Shown here: piece by piece, positions 46,367-55,727 of the stretch
Layout: every line of letters starts with the position of its first letter
Numbering within the stretch: position 1 is the stretch's first letter
IMG/VR virus record: IMGVR_UViG_3300047476_000982
Span: 32,001 to 96,000 of that record
Strand: one strand, 5' to 3'
Length of the DNA stretch: 64,000 nt
Source: a virus
Position numbers and translations under genes: made by a program
Notes under the pieces: model-generated
Told to the model about the DNA's origin: nothing
Seen by the model: the letters and a program-made list of their open reading frames with translations, nothing else
Databases searched by the model: none

Positions 46367-46996
46367 ATGAAAAAATTAAGTCCTGAGCAAATGGCGGAAA
46401 ATTTAGCCAAGTTTTATTCTTTAATTGACAAATATATTTCTGGAATGAGGAAAGATAAACTTCTAGAAATGTATAAAGATATTGAAGAAACTCTTGCTAC
46501 TTCTCCGGCATCAACTAAAGTAAGTCACCATAATGCTTTTGCTGGTGGTTATTTAGATCATGTTATTAGAGTTACTGAAGCAGCTTTAGTATTTGAAAAG
46601 GTTTGGGATAAATTTGGCCAGAATAAAAATTATACAACTGAAGAACTAGCCTTCTCAGCACTTAATCATGATCTTGGTAAACTAGGTACAAATGATGAAC
46701 CTGTTTACATTCCTAATCAGTCACAATGGCATAGAGAGAATCAAGGTCTTATGTTTAATTACAATCCTGCTATAACTCATATGAGAATTGCAGAAAGAAG
46801 TTTGTTCGTACTTCAGAAGTATGGTATCCAGGTCTCAGAGAATGAGTTTCTAGCTATCAGGTTACATGATGGTTTATATGAAGAAGCAAATAAACAATAT
46901 TATATTACTTATAATAAAGATACAGAATTAAGGTCTAATATCGCTTATATACTACATCAAGCAGATTTGATGTCTAGTAAAATTGAATCAAACTAA
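46367..46996 (+). CDS. HD-domain phosphohydrolase
   Basis: HNAFAGGYLDHV, LNHDLGK, IRLHDG, LHQAD. Confidence 0.9.
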   Translation: MKKLSPEQMAENLAKFYSLIDKYISGMRKDKLLEMYKDIEETLATSPASTKVSHHNAFAGGYLDHVIRVTEAALVFEKVWDKFGQNKNYTTEELAFSALNHDLGKLGTNDEPVYIPNQSQWHRENQGLMFNYNPAITHMRIAERSLFVLQKYGIQVSENEFLAIRLHDGLYEEANKQYYITYNKDTELRSNIAYILHQADLMSSKIESN

Positions 46997-47008
46997 AATT
47001 AATATATT

Positions 47009-47281
47009 ATGACAATAGGAATTATAGCCCTTATAGTTTGGGCTGTATCTATAATAGGATACATAATTTGGAACTTATTCCAAAAGAATAGAAGACTAGA
47101 ATCAATGGTAATTACCCAACAGTTGTTTATTGACAATATCAAAGACTGTATGAAAGAGATTAACATTGCTGCAAATCAAATTGATTCTAAATTATGGGTT
47201 CAGTCTGATCCTGAGTTTTTGAGCCTTATGGAAAATGTGAAACAAATGCAAACTAGGATTAACGAATTCATAGAAGAATAA
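47009..47281 (+). CDS. Small membrane-anchored protein
   Basis: N-terminal hydrophobic helix followed by an amphipathic helix. Confidence 0.7.
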   Translation: MTIGIIALIVWAVSIIGYIIWNLFQKNRRLESMVITQQLFIDNIKDCMKEINIAANQIDSKLWVQSDPEFLSLMENVKQMQTRINEFIEE

Positions 47282-47282
47282 T

Positions 47283-48035
47283 ATGACTGACATACTATTA
47301 AATGAGGAAGAGGTTCTTTTAACTAAAAAAGGAGAACCTAGAAAGAGAAAGCCTAAAACGAAAAATAACTACTTTACAATAGAAACCGAAGAGGCTATTC
47401 TAAGATATAGAGCTGCAAAAAATCAAGCTGAGAGGAATCGAATTTACAATCAAGATATTCACTACGGGTTTTATAAGCTAGTAGAGAACATTATTCATAC
47501 ATTTAAGTTCTACTATACAGAGGTTGACAACATAGAGGATCTTAAGTATGAAGTAATATCTTTCCTCCTTCAAAAACTAGACCTTTATGATCAATCTAAA
47601 GGTAAAGCCTATTCTTATTTTGGTACAATTGCAAAAAGATATTTGATTATATATAACCAAAAGAATTATAAAAAACTTGTAGCCAAGGCAGATATTGGAG
47701 AACAGAATGATGATGACGCATTATTAAATAGCATCCTTGTAAAAGAACCAGAACCAGAGCTAGATAAACTAGATGTGGTCGAGCTTTTTATTAAATACGT
47801 AGATGACAATTTATTAGAACTATTCGACAAAACAGATGAAATAAAGGTAGCAGATGCTATCCTAGAAATATTCAAAAAGAGGGAAAATATAGATATTTTT
47901 AATAAAAAAGCCGTTTTTATATATGTTAAAGAAATGGCTGACACGCAATCAAATACCATTACGAAAGTAATTAAAAAGCTAAAAAACATCTACAGAACTA
48001 TCCTCAATCAATATCTTGAAAACAATGACTATTAA
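47283..48035 (+). CDS. Phage sigma factor, T4 gp55-like (late transcription)
   Basis: KLVENII, IEDLKYEVISFLLQKLDLYDQSKGKAYSYFGTIAKRYL: sigma region-2-like motif. Confidence 0.7.
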   Translation: MTDILLNEEEVLLTKKGEPRKRKPKTKNNYFTIETEEAILRYRAAKNQAERNRIYNQDIHYGFYKLVENIIHTFKFYYTEVDNIEDLKYEVISFLLQKLDLYDQSKGKAYSYFGTIAKRYLIIYNQKNYKKLVAKADIGEQNDDDALLNSILVKEPEPELDKLDVVELFIKYVDDNLLELFDKTDEIKVADAILEIFKKRENIDIFNKKAVFIYVKEMADTQSNTITKVIKKLKNIYRTILNQYLENNDY

Positions 48036-48042
48036 TATTTAT
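48035..48042 (+). promoter_or_regulatory. ATATTTAT putative late promoter
   Basis: 11 nt upstream of the ATG at 48054; overlaps the sigma gene stop. Confidence 0.65.
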
Positions 48043-48053
48043 TCTAAAAAGTC

Positions 48054-48416
48054 ATGGAACTTGATAAGGAAATATTCAAAGGTAAAACTATTGCCAATCT
48101 TGTAGAAGAGGTATACGATAAGCAAAAAAATCAAGATTCTACAATCAAACAGGAGATCATGAGGCTTGCCGATATGATTGAAACTCCTGGTGATGCTATT
48201 GTAGTTGTTCCACTACTTAAAGGATTTATAGACTCTAGTTTAAAGAATGATGAGGTTCTTCTTAAACTACTTAATCTTTTTCAAAAAGCTGCGGAAAATA
48301 AAAAAGCAGGTGATACAGAAGATTCTGGTATTCTTACAGAAAAAGATATTGAGCAACTATTTTCTGAGGTTTCTACTATTAAAATCAAGGATCCTAAACA
48401 ACTACCTAGTGCATAA
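48054..48416 (+). CDS. Hypothetical helical protein (120 aa)
   Basis: ORF track; first gene after a late motif. Confidence 0.7.
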   Translation: MELDKEIFKGKTIANLVEEVYDKQKNQDSTIKQEIMRLADMIETPGDAIVVVPLLKGFIDSSLKNDEVLLKLLNLFQKAAENKKAGDTEDSGILTEKDIEQLFSEVSTIKIKDPKQLPSA

Positions 48417-49339
48417 TGGCTACTAATTTTTTTCAAAATAATCCTACAGCACCAGAATCTATTGGTGGACAATATTTCCAAATAGGAAGAGTTAAAGAAG
48501 TAGTGATGGGGCCTTATAAAGGAGGGACTAATGAAATAGATAAAGATTATAATAGTCCTGCAGACATAGGAAAAATAAGATATCAAATTTTATATTCAAA
48601 TTTTAATACATCTAGAGCAGAAGAAATTTCAGAACCTGCTTATCCTATTTTTAATTTTGTAAAACAGTATCCTTTAGTAAATGAAATTGTTTTTATTATA
48701 ACTGGCCCTACTGAAAGACTCAATGATAAAATAACAAACCAGCAGTTCTTTTATTTCCCGGCTTATAATCTTTGGAACCATCCTAATCATGGCGCGTTTC
48801 CTAACTTACAAGAATATCAGAATTTTTTATTAGAATTTTCTCAACAACCTGGATATTCTGGAAATCCTATAGAGCTACCAGATTTACCTTTTGGTTATAC
48901 TTTTTTAGAAAAACAAGATGTTTTAAATTTACAACCTTTTGAAGGAGATACTATTTTACAAGGAAGATTTGGCCAGACAATAAGACTAGGTAGTACAACG
49001 GTACCTGAATTAAAAGAATATAATAGTTGGTCACCTACAGGTAGTGTAGGAGATCCAATTACTATAATAGTAAATAAATTAGGTCCATCAAAGTCACTTT
49101 CTAAATTTGATCCAGGAATTGAAGATATTAATTCTGACGGAGCTTCTATATATTTAACTTCTACTCAACAGATATCTTTACAGGATATAAATAATTTCCC
49201 TAGAAATTCTTTTAAAGAAAAACAACAAGAAGTAATATCTAGGCCTATTATAAAAACATTCCCAAAACCTATTTCTACTGATGCTACATCTGCTGATGCT
49301 CAAGATAAAATAGCAACACAAAATTCCCCAACCGTATAA
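48416..49339 (+). CDS. Baseplate hub/spike-associated protein (gp5 N-terminal OB-like)
   Basis: QYPLVNEIVFII, EGDTILQGRFGQTIRLGST; baseplate context. Confidence 0.55.
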   Translation: MATNFFQNNPTAPESIGGQYFQIGRVKEVVMGPYKGGTNEIDKDYNSPADIGKIRYQILYSNFNTSRAEEISEPAYPIFNFVKQYPLVNEIVFIITGPTERLNDKITNQQFFYFPAYNLWNHPNHGAFPNLQEYQNFLLEFSQQPGYSGNPIELPDLPFGYTFLEKQDVLNLQPFEGDTILQGRFGQTIRLGSTTVPELKEYNSWSPTGSVGDPITIIVNKLGPSKSLSKFDPGIEDINSDGASIYLTSTQQISLQDINNFPRNSFKEKQQEVISRPIIKTFPKPISTDATSADAQDKIATQNSPTV

Positions 49340-49340
49340 A

Positions 49341-49778
49341 ATGGCAGCACCTATTCCATATAATCCTCAATTTCCTTTTGCAGGCGAACAAATAGTTTTA
49401 TCTGCTGATAGGGTTACTTTGCATTCTAAAAATGATGCAATTTTTCTTTTTGGTAAACAAGCTGTTGGTTTATCATCTATAAAAACTATAAATTTAGATG
49501 CAAACCAAGAAATATTATTATACTGTAAAAAAATTACTTTAGGACCAAATGCTAAACAACCTCTTGTATTAGGAAAATTTTTTAATGAAAGATTAAAACT
49601 TTTTGTACAAGAACTTCAATCCGTTTCTATCTTATTAGCACAAAGCTCTGAATCAGAAATAGGTACTAGTATGCAATCAATAGCTTCCGCAGGTAAAAAA
49701 TTAAACGAGGCTTGTGAAAAAATGTTAAATGTTATAAAAAACGATTCATTTTTATCTAAAAATACTTTTACAAAATGA
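49341..49778 (+). CDS. Baseplate spike-like protein (gp5 C-terminal-like)
   Basis: ADRVTLHSKNDAIFLFGKQAVGLSS beta-rich pattern; PLVLG motif. Confidence 0.5.
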   Translation: MAAPIPYNPQFPFAGEQIVLSADRVTLHSKNDAIFLFGKQAVGLSSIKTINLDANQEILLYCKKITLGPNAKQPLVLGKFFNERLKLFVQELQSVSILLAQSSESEIGTSMQSIASAGKKLNEACEKMLNVIKNDSFLSKNTFTK

Positions 49779-51529
49779 GTCTTACTAGAAATTTAGTAAA
49801 TGATAAATTAAATATAAATACTACATCTGCAAAAGGTTTAGAAAAAGCTATTGCAGCAATCGCTACATTTGTAATTAATGCTCAAAGTAAAACAGATGGC
49901 ATAATTTATGGAAAATATGCACTAAATGAAGATCAAGGGAATTTAATTACAAGAGCATTTGATAAAGGAATTATTTATATATTAGAAAGAATTTCAACAG
50001 TAGATTTTTGTAATTTAATTAATTATTTAATAAACCAAATACCTGGAGGTAAACCTTTTAATCCAGCAGATCCAATACCTTCTGATCCTATAGCTAGAAA
50101 AAAATGGCAATTACAAAAATTAGCTTTTGATATACAAAAAATAATTGATGGATATTTTGCAAGTTATGGTGATGCAAATAATCCAGAAAGTAGATTAGGC
50201 TTATACAATCTTATTCAAAGTATAAGAAATAATTTTACTGGATTAATAGACACTTTAAATGATCCTGAGATAAGAGAAGCATTTCCTGAGGTTTCTATAG
50301 TCTCTAATTTTATTACAGATAAATTAAGCTATTTTGATAAATACGGAAGTGTTAATGCTATTCCTATTGAAGAAGTTCAAAAAATTATATCTGTAGTAGA
50401 AAAAACAAGAGCTATTTGTGCTACTGTCCAAGCTATTAATACTCCTGCTGCATTATTAGCAAATGCTGATTTTCTTTTAGGCGGACAAATACAAGAAGAA
50501 ATAGCTAGATTAAATAGAGAAATACCAGTAGAGAAAATCATACCTGTTTTAAAAAATTTATTAAAACAAGCTAAAAATGTTTCTTCAATTGCCCAAAAAA
50601 TTGTTTCATATATAAATAGTTCAAGAGTTTTTATACGTTTATTTTTAATACTTTTAAAGGTATTTTATATACTAAGAAAATTCCTTTTTGGTATCCCTAT
50701 TCCAAATGTGTATACAACTTCTGGTGTTACTACACTTTTATCTAATATAAATGAAGATGTTGTTGGAGCAAAAGGAATAGATAAACTTGTAAAAAGACTT
50801 CAACAAATAAATTTTGTTCTAAATTTAATTGCTATTTTTGCAACTTCTCTTGTTGCTGGTATGCAAATTATAATAGATAGATTAAATATAATACTTAATA
50901 ATTTAGAAGCTTGCTCAAATGTAGAAGAAGAAATTAAAAAAGAAATTGAAGATACAATAAATTCACTAGAAAATTCTATTACCCCACTAAGAAATTTTTT
51001 AGATCAATTTAATTCAAGATCAGAAAGAGCATTAAGAAATATAGGAGATTATAATATAGAAATAATTTCAGAATCTACTGTAGATGAAGGAATATCAATT
51101 AGAAGAAGATATGGAATTGCAAGAGATACTAATGGATATGTAGTGGTACAATCCAATCCTACTTTTGCATCTTTAGATTTAATAATAATAAATGAGGTAA
51201 AATTTTTATTATATTCTAAAGGTTTAATAAAATCTAATATACCGTCTTTATCACCTAGTGATTTAGCTATAGTATTAGAATCTACAAGATTTCTTGATGA
51301 AGATGAAGTATCATTAGGAGATTTAGATACCAATTTGGATGGTGTAGGATCTATTTTTGAAGAAAATAAAGAATTAGGAATTTCTTCATTTGTTGATAAT
51401 CTCCAAGGAGGTAAAGCTCTTAAAAAGAGGGTTAGAAGCGCACTAGCCAAACAAAATCAAAATCTTACAAGTGACTTAAATTCAGTTGATCCTAACTCAA
51501 AATATAAATCAAACATAATTAAACAGTAA
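49775..51529 (+). CDS. Hypothetical baseplate-region protein (584 aa)
   Basis: ORF track; helical, with a hydrophobic central stretch. Confidence 0.7.
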   Translation: MSLTRNLVNDKLNINTTSAKGLEKAIAAIATFVINAQSKTDGIIYGKYALNEDQGNLITRAFDKGIIYILERISTVDFCNLINYLINQIPGGKPFNPADPIPSDPIARKKWQLQKLAFDIQKIIDGYFASYGDANNPESRLGLYNLIQSIRNNFTGLIDTLNDPEIREAFPEVSIVSNFITDKLSYFDKYGSVNAIPIEEVQKIISVVEKTRAICATVQAINTPAALLANADFLLGGQIQEEIARLNREIPVEKIIPVLKNLLKQAKNVSSIAQKIVSYINSSRVFIRLFLILLKVFYILRKFLFGIPIPNVYTTSGVTTLLSNINEDVVGAKGIDKLVKRLQQINFVLNLIAIFATSLVAGMQIIIDRLNIILNNLEACSNVEEEIKKEIEDTINSLENSITPLRNFLDQFNSRSERALRNIGDYNIEIISESTVDEGISIRRRYGIARDTNGYVVVQSNPTFASLDLIIINEVKFLLYSKGLIKSNIPSLSPSDLAIVLESTRFLDEDEVSLGDLDTNLDGVGSIFEENKELGISSFVDNLQGGKALKKRVRSALAKQNQNLTSDLNSVDPNSKYKSNIIKQ

Positions 51530-51541
51530 TTTACAAGTAAA

Positions 51542-51549
51542 ATATTTAT
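51542..51549 (+). promoter_or_regulatory. ATATTTAT putative late promoter
   Basis: 5 nt upstream of the ATG at 51555. Confidence 0.65.
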
Positions 51550-51554
51550 AAGAT

Positions 51555-51995
51555 ATGGGACAAGTAGACCAATTAAGGAAATTAATTAGAGAAGAGCTTA
51601 GAGCGGTTCTTAAGGAGGAGCTTCCTAAACTATTAAGTGAGGTTAAGAAAACTCCTATGGCAGATCCTAAAAAAAGCTTACAGGAGCAGGTAAAATCAAA
51701 AATACCTGGAACTTTAAATACTCAAACTCCTAAACCTATTAAATTTGCAGGAAATAATCCTATGGCAGCATTTTTAAATGATACCGCCCAAACTATGTTA
51801 AATGAGGATTTTAATATGACCTCTGATAGTGTGCATCCAGGACTTGCTTTTCAACCTAAAGAAGTTAAAGTTGGTAGTATAGAAGGAATGCTAGGAACGG
51901 CTAGACCAAGCTCAAATTTAGATGCAGTACAAATAAATGAAGTTCCTGACTTTAGTGCTTTAATGGGAAAACTTAAAGAGCAAGGACAAATATAA
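51555..51995 (+). CDS. Hypothetical protein (146 aa)
   Basis: ORF track; LRKLIREELRAVLKEE N-terminus. Confidence 0.7.
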   Translation: MGQVDQLRKLIREELRAVLKEELPKLLSEVKKTPMADPKKSLQEQVKSKIPGTLNTQTPKPIKFAGNNPMAAFLNDTAQTMLNEDFNMTSDSVHPGLAFQPKEVKVGSIEGMLGTARPSSNLDAVQINEVPDFSALMGKLKEQGQI

Positions 51996-52408
51996 TGGCA
52001 TACGGATTAAAACAAATATCACCATTAGATTTAAAACCTTCAACAGCAATTGGAGTAAAAATACCTTTTGACGCTGAAAATGTATTCTCATCTGTATATA
52101 CTACGAAAGATCAATTAAAATATAATATAATAAATTATCTCTTAACAGATCCTGGTGAAAGAGTTTTTAATCCAACTTTTGGAGCCGGACTTAGAGCTAG
52201 ATTATTTGAACAAATAGATGAACAAAGTTTTGAAGAAATAGAACAATCTATAAGAACACAAATGGAAAATCAGTTTCCTCAAATACAAATAGTTAATTTA
52301 AATGTAGTTCCTAGCCCTGATTATAATTCTATAAATATAAAATTTAGTTACAGATTATTAACTTCAAATGAAAATGATTCAGTTATATTAACTGTTCAAA
52401 ATATGTAA
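51995..52408 (+). CDS. gp25: Baseplate wedge protein, gp25-like
   Basis: LLTDPGERVFNPTFGAGLRARLFE. Confidence 0.9.
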   Translation: MAYGLKQISPLDLKPSTAIGVKIPFDAENVFSSVYTTKDQLKYNIINYLLTDPGERVFNPTFGAGLRARLFEQIDEQSFEEIEQSIRTQMENQFPQIQIVNLNVVPSPDYNSINIKFSYRLLTSNENDSVILTVQNM

Positions 52409-52410
52409 AA

Positions 52411-54270
52411 ATGGCAACAAATATTGACATAAGATATTTAAATAAAGATTTTTCTACTTTCAAGTCAGATCTTATAGAATATGCAAGAGCATACTATCCT
52501 ACTGTATATAATGATTTTACACAGGCTAGTCCAGGTAGTATGTTCATAGATATGTCTTCTTATGTTGGAGATGTTCTTTCATTTTATTTAGATAATCAAA
52601 TCCAAGAAACTTTTTTACAATATTCAAAGCAAAAAAATAATTTATATACTTTAGCTTATATGTTAGGTTATAGACCTAAAATAACATCTGCTGCTATAGT
52701 AAATCTTGATGTGTATCAACAAATACCAGCAGTTAATATAGGTGGTGGAGATGTTGGACCAGATTTTACTTATGCATTTACTTTAGAACAAGGAATGCAA
52801 GTTAGATCAAATGTAGATAATTCAGTAACATTTTATGTTCCTCAAAAAATTAATTTTGCCGCCTCTTCTTCATTAGATCCTACTACAGTTGAAGTATATA
52901 CTTTAAATGGTTCAAATGTGCCCACTTCTTATCTACTAAGAAAAACTGTACAAGCTATATCAGGATTAGTAAAAACTCAAAATTTTAGTTTTTCTGCACC
53001 GCAAAGATTTTCAACAATTACTATAAATGATAATTCAATAATTACAATATTAGATGCAAAAGATTCTGATGGTAATACTTGGTATGAGGTTCCTTATTTA
53101 GCGCAAGATTATATATTAAAACCTGTAGAAAATACTGCGGCTAATTATCCTTCACTATATCAATTTCAAAATCAAGTTCCTTATATGATACAGAAAATAT
53201 CTGTACCTAGAAGGTTTACATCTAGATTTAGATCTGATGGATCATTAGAAATAGAATTTGGTCCTGGTATTAATTCTGTTGCTGATACATCTGTGCTTCC
53301 AAATCCTAATAATGTAAGTGTAGGATTAACAGGTGGTGGTCTTAGCACTTTATCTAGTTCATTTGATCCAACAAATTTTGTAACAACACAAACTTATGGA
53401 TTAGCTCCAAAAAATACTACGATAACTTTTCAATATTTAGTAGGAGGGGGAGCAAAATCAAATGTTCTTTCTAATCAATTAACTCAAATAACTTCTTATA
53501 CACTATCAGGAAATTCTTCATTTGAAAATACTTTGATTGTAAATAATGCAGACCCTGCTTCAGGTGGAGGAGACGGAGATTCTGTTGATGAACTTAGAAT
53601 GAATATAGCCGCAGAGTTTCCTACTCAATATAGAGCAGTAACTCAAGAAGATTATTTAGCTAGAACACTTAGCATGCCTGCTCAATATGGCAAAGTTTCT
53701 AAAGCATATATAACTAAAGATGATGCTACATTTAATAATTACATGCAAGGAGACGTTAGTCAAAAAGATCAAGTTTTAGTTAGTCTATATGTACTAGGTC
53801 TTAATTCTACTAATAATTTAGCAAATCCTTCGCCAGCTTTACTTCAAAATTTACAGACATATCTTTCTGATTATAGAATGATGACAGATGCTGTTAATAT
53901 AAAACCCGCTTATATAATTAATATAGGATGTGACTTTGAAATTGTAATTAGACCTAATTATACAAGTCAAGATGTAATTGCTAGATGCATATTAGCACTA
54001 CAAAACTTTTTCAATATAAATAACTGGCAAATAAATGAACCTATTATATTAGGAGATGTTTATGCTTTATTAGATGTTGTTGAAGGCGTTCAAACTGTAA
54101 ATGATATAAGAATAGTAAATAAAACAGGAGAGGCTGATGGATATTCAAAATATTCTTATGATATCTCAGCTGGTACTTTGAACGGGGTGATATATCCGTC
54201 TTTAGATCCTTCTATATTTGAAGTAAAATATCCTAATACAGATATTCAAGGTCGTGTAGTAACAATGTAA
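52411..54270 (+). CDS. gp6: Baseplate wedge protein, T4 gp6-like
   Basis: YLNKDFSTFKSDLIEY, SYVGDVLSFYLD, GGGDGDSVDELR, QYRAVTQEDY. Confidence 0.9.
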   Translation: MATNIDIRYLNKDFSTFKSDLIEYARAYYPTVYNDFTQASPGSMFIDMSSYVGDVLSFYLDNQIQETFLQYSKQKNNLYTLAYMLGYRPKITSAAIVNLDVYQQIPAVNIGGGDVGPDFTYAFTLEQGMQVRSNVDNSVTFYVPQKINFAASSSLDPTTVEVYTLNGSNVPTSYLLRKTVQAISGLVKTQNFSFSAPQRFSTITINDNSIITILDAKDSDGNTWYEVPYLAQDYILKPVENTAANYPSLYQFQNQVPYMIQKISVPRRFTSRFRSDGSLEIEFGPGINSVADTSVLPNPNNVSVGLTGGGLSTLSSSFDPTNFVTTQTYGLAPKNTTITFQYLVGGGAKSNVLSNQLTQITSYTLSGNSSFENTLIVNNADPASGGGDGDSVDELRMNIAAEFPTQYRAVTQEDYLARTLSMPAQYGKVSKAYITKDDATFNNYMQGDVSQKDQVLVSLYVLGLNSTNNLANPSPALLQNLQTYLSDYRMMTDAVNIKPAYIINIGCDFEIVIRPNYTSQDVIARCILALQNFFNINNWQINEPIILGDVYALLDVVEGVQTVNDIRIVNKTGEADGYSKYSYDISAGTLNGVIYPSLDPSIFEVKYPNTDIQGRVVTM

Positions 54271-54282
54271 AAAAAATAAAAA

Positions 54283-55389
54283 ATGGCCGTATATAAAATA
54301 TTTGCATCTTCTGATACTACTTTATATTCAAGTAGTCCTGCTGCTAATGCTGGTCTTGATGAAATATTAGAAATATCAGTTAAAAATTCAGATAATCCAT
54401 CTAATTATTTTGTAGATCCAGTACCATCAGAACCTTTACTTCAAGATAATTTAAGAAGAGCAATTATATCTTTTTCAGATGTAGATATTGCTACATTAAA
54501 ATCTTTTACTACTGGATCTTGGAAAACTAATTTAAGGTTATTCTTAGCTACCGCTGAAAATTTAAATACAACTTACAGTTTAGAAGTAAGGCAAGTTTCT
54601 CAGTCTTGGCAAATGGGCACAGGCAAATTTGGAGATGAACCAGAAAATAGAAATGGTGCTTGTTGGTATAGTCCTAATCAATTTATAACCGCTTCTAATC
54701 AATGGGGAAATGGATCTTATTATTTAACTCCTGGTGGCGGTTCATGGACAAATGGTGCAGTTACTCAATCATTTGGATATTCTGATAGTAAAGATATAAA
54801 CGTAGACGTTAGTTCTATAGTTAACACTTGGTTTAGTGGTTCATATCCTAATTATGGATTTTTAATAAAACATCCAAATGTTATTGAACAAAACTCTGGT
54901 AGTTATATAGGGTTAAGTTTTTTCTCAGTTGATACCCATACTATTTATCCTCCAACATTAGAAATAAAATGGGATGATAGTTCATATTCTACAGGAAGTC
55001 TTTCTGTAATTAATAATACAGACAGTGTAATAACACTATCTAATAATTTAGATACTTACAAATACGGAACCGGAAAATATAAATTTAATATAAATGTAAG
55101 AGATAAATATCCGGTAAGAACTTTTACTACTTCTTCTTTATATACAACAAATAAAGCACTTCCACAAACATCTTATTGGGCTTTACAAGATGTAAAGACA
55201 AATGATATATTAATAGATTACGATACTACGTACACAAAGATTAGTTGTGATGGAACAAATAGTTATTTTAACTTATATATGAATGGATTAGAACCAGAAA
55301 GATATTATAAAATATTAATTAAAACTGTATTATCTGATGGTGAATCTTATGAAATAGACAATAACTTAATATTTAAAGTTACTAGATAA
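54283..55389 (+). CDS. Probable baseplate/virion structural protein (368 aa)
   Basis: ORF track; beta-rich; baseplate operon. Confidence 0.6.
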   Translation: MAVYKIFASSDTTLYSSSPAANAGLDEILEISVKNSDNPSNYFVDPVPSEPLLQDNLRRAIISFSDVDIATLKSFTTGSWKTNLRLFLATAENLNTTYSLEVRQVSQSWQMGTGKFGDEPENRNGACWYSPNQFITASNQWGNGSYYLTPGGGSWTNGAVTQSFGYSDSKDINVDVSSIVNTWFSGSYPNYGFLIKHPNVIEQNSGSYIGLSFFSVDTHTIYPPTLEIKWDDSSYSTGSLSVINNTDSVITLSNNLDTYKYGTGKYKFNINVRDKYPVRTFTTSSLYTTNKALPQTSYWALQDVKTNDILIDYDTTYTKISCDGTNSYFNLYMNGLEPERYYKILIKTVLSDGESYEIDNNLIFKVTR

Positions 55390-55727
55390 TGACAAATATT
55401 GAATTAACAAAAGAAATATATGGTTTAAATACATATACAAAAGCTATTGATACAGATTTTGAAGAACTTATACCTCAAGAAACTCCTGTAACTTCTAGCA
55501 TTGTAACTGTAGATGAATTTTTTACTTATTATAATGATTTGTTTTTTGATATTCCTGTATCTGGATCTATAAATTCTCATACATATTTAGTTGAAACAAG
55601 TCAACAATATATAGGAGGTTCTGTACTTGATGCTGAAAAGCAAGCGCTTATAGAAGAAATAAATTCTTTAAGACAGCAAATACTAGATATAAATCAATCA
55701 TTAAATGATATAAACAATATAGTATAA
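55389..55727 (+). CDS. Hypothetical virion protein (112 aa)
   Basis: ORF track; coupled to both neighbours. Confidence 0.7.
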   Translation: MTNIELTKEIYGLNTYTKAIDTDFEELIPQETPVTSSIVTVDEFFTYYNDLFFDIPVSGSINSHTYLVETSQQYIGGSVLDAEKQALIEEINSLRQQILDINQSLNDINNIV

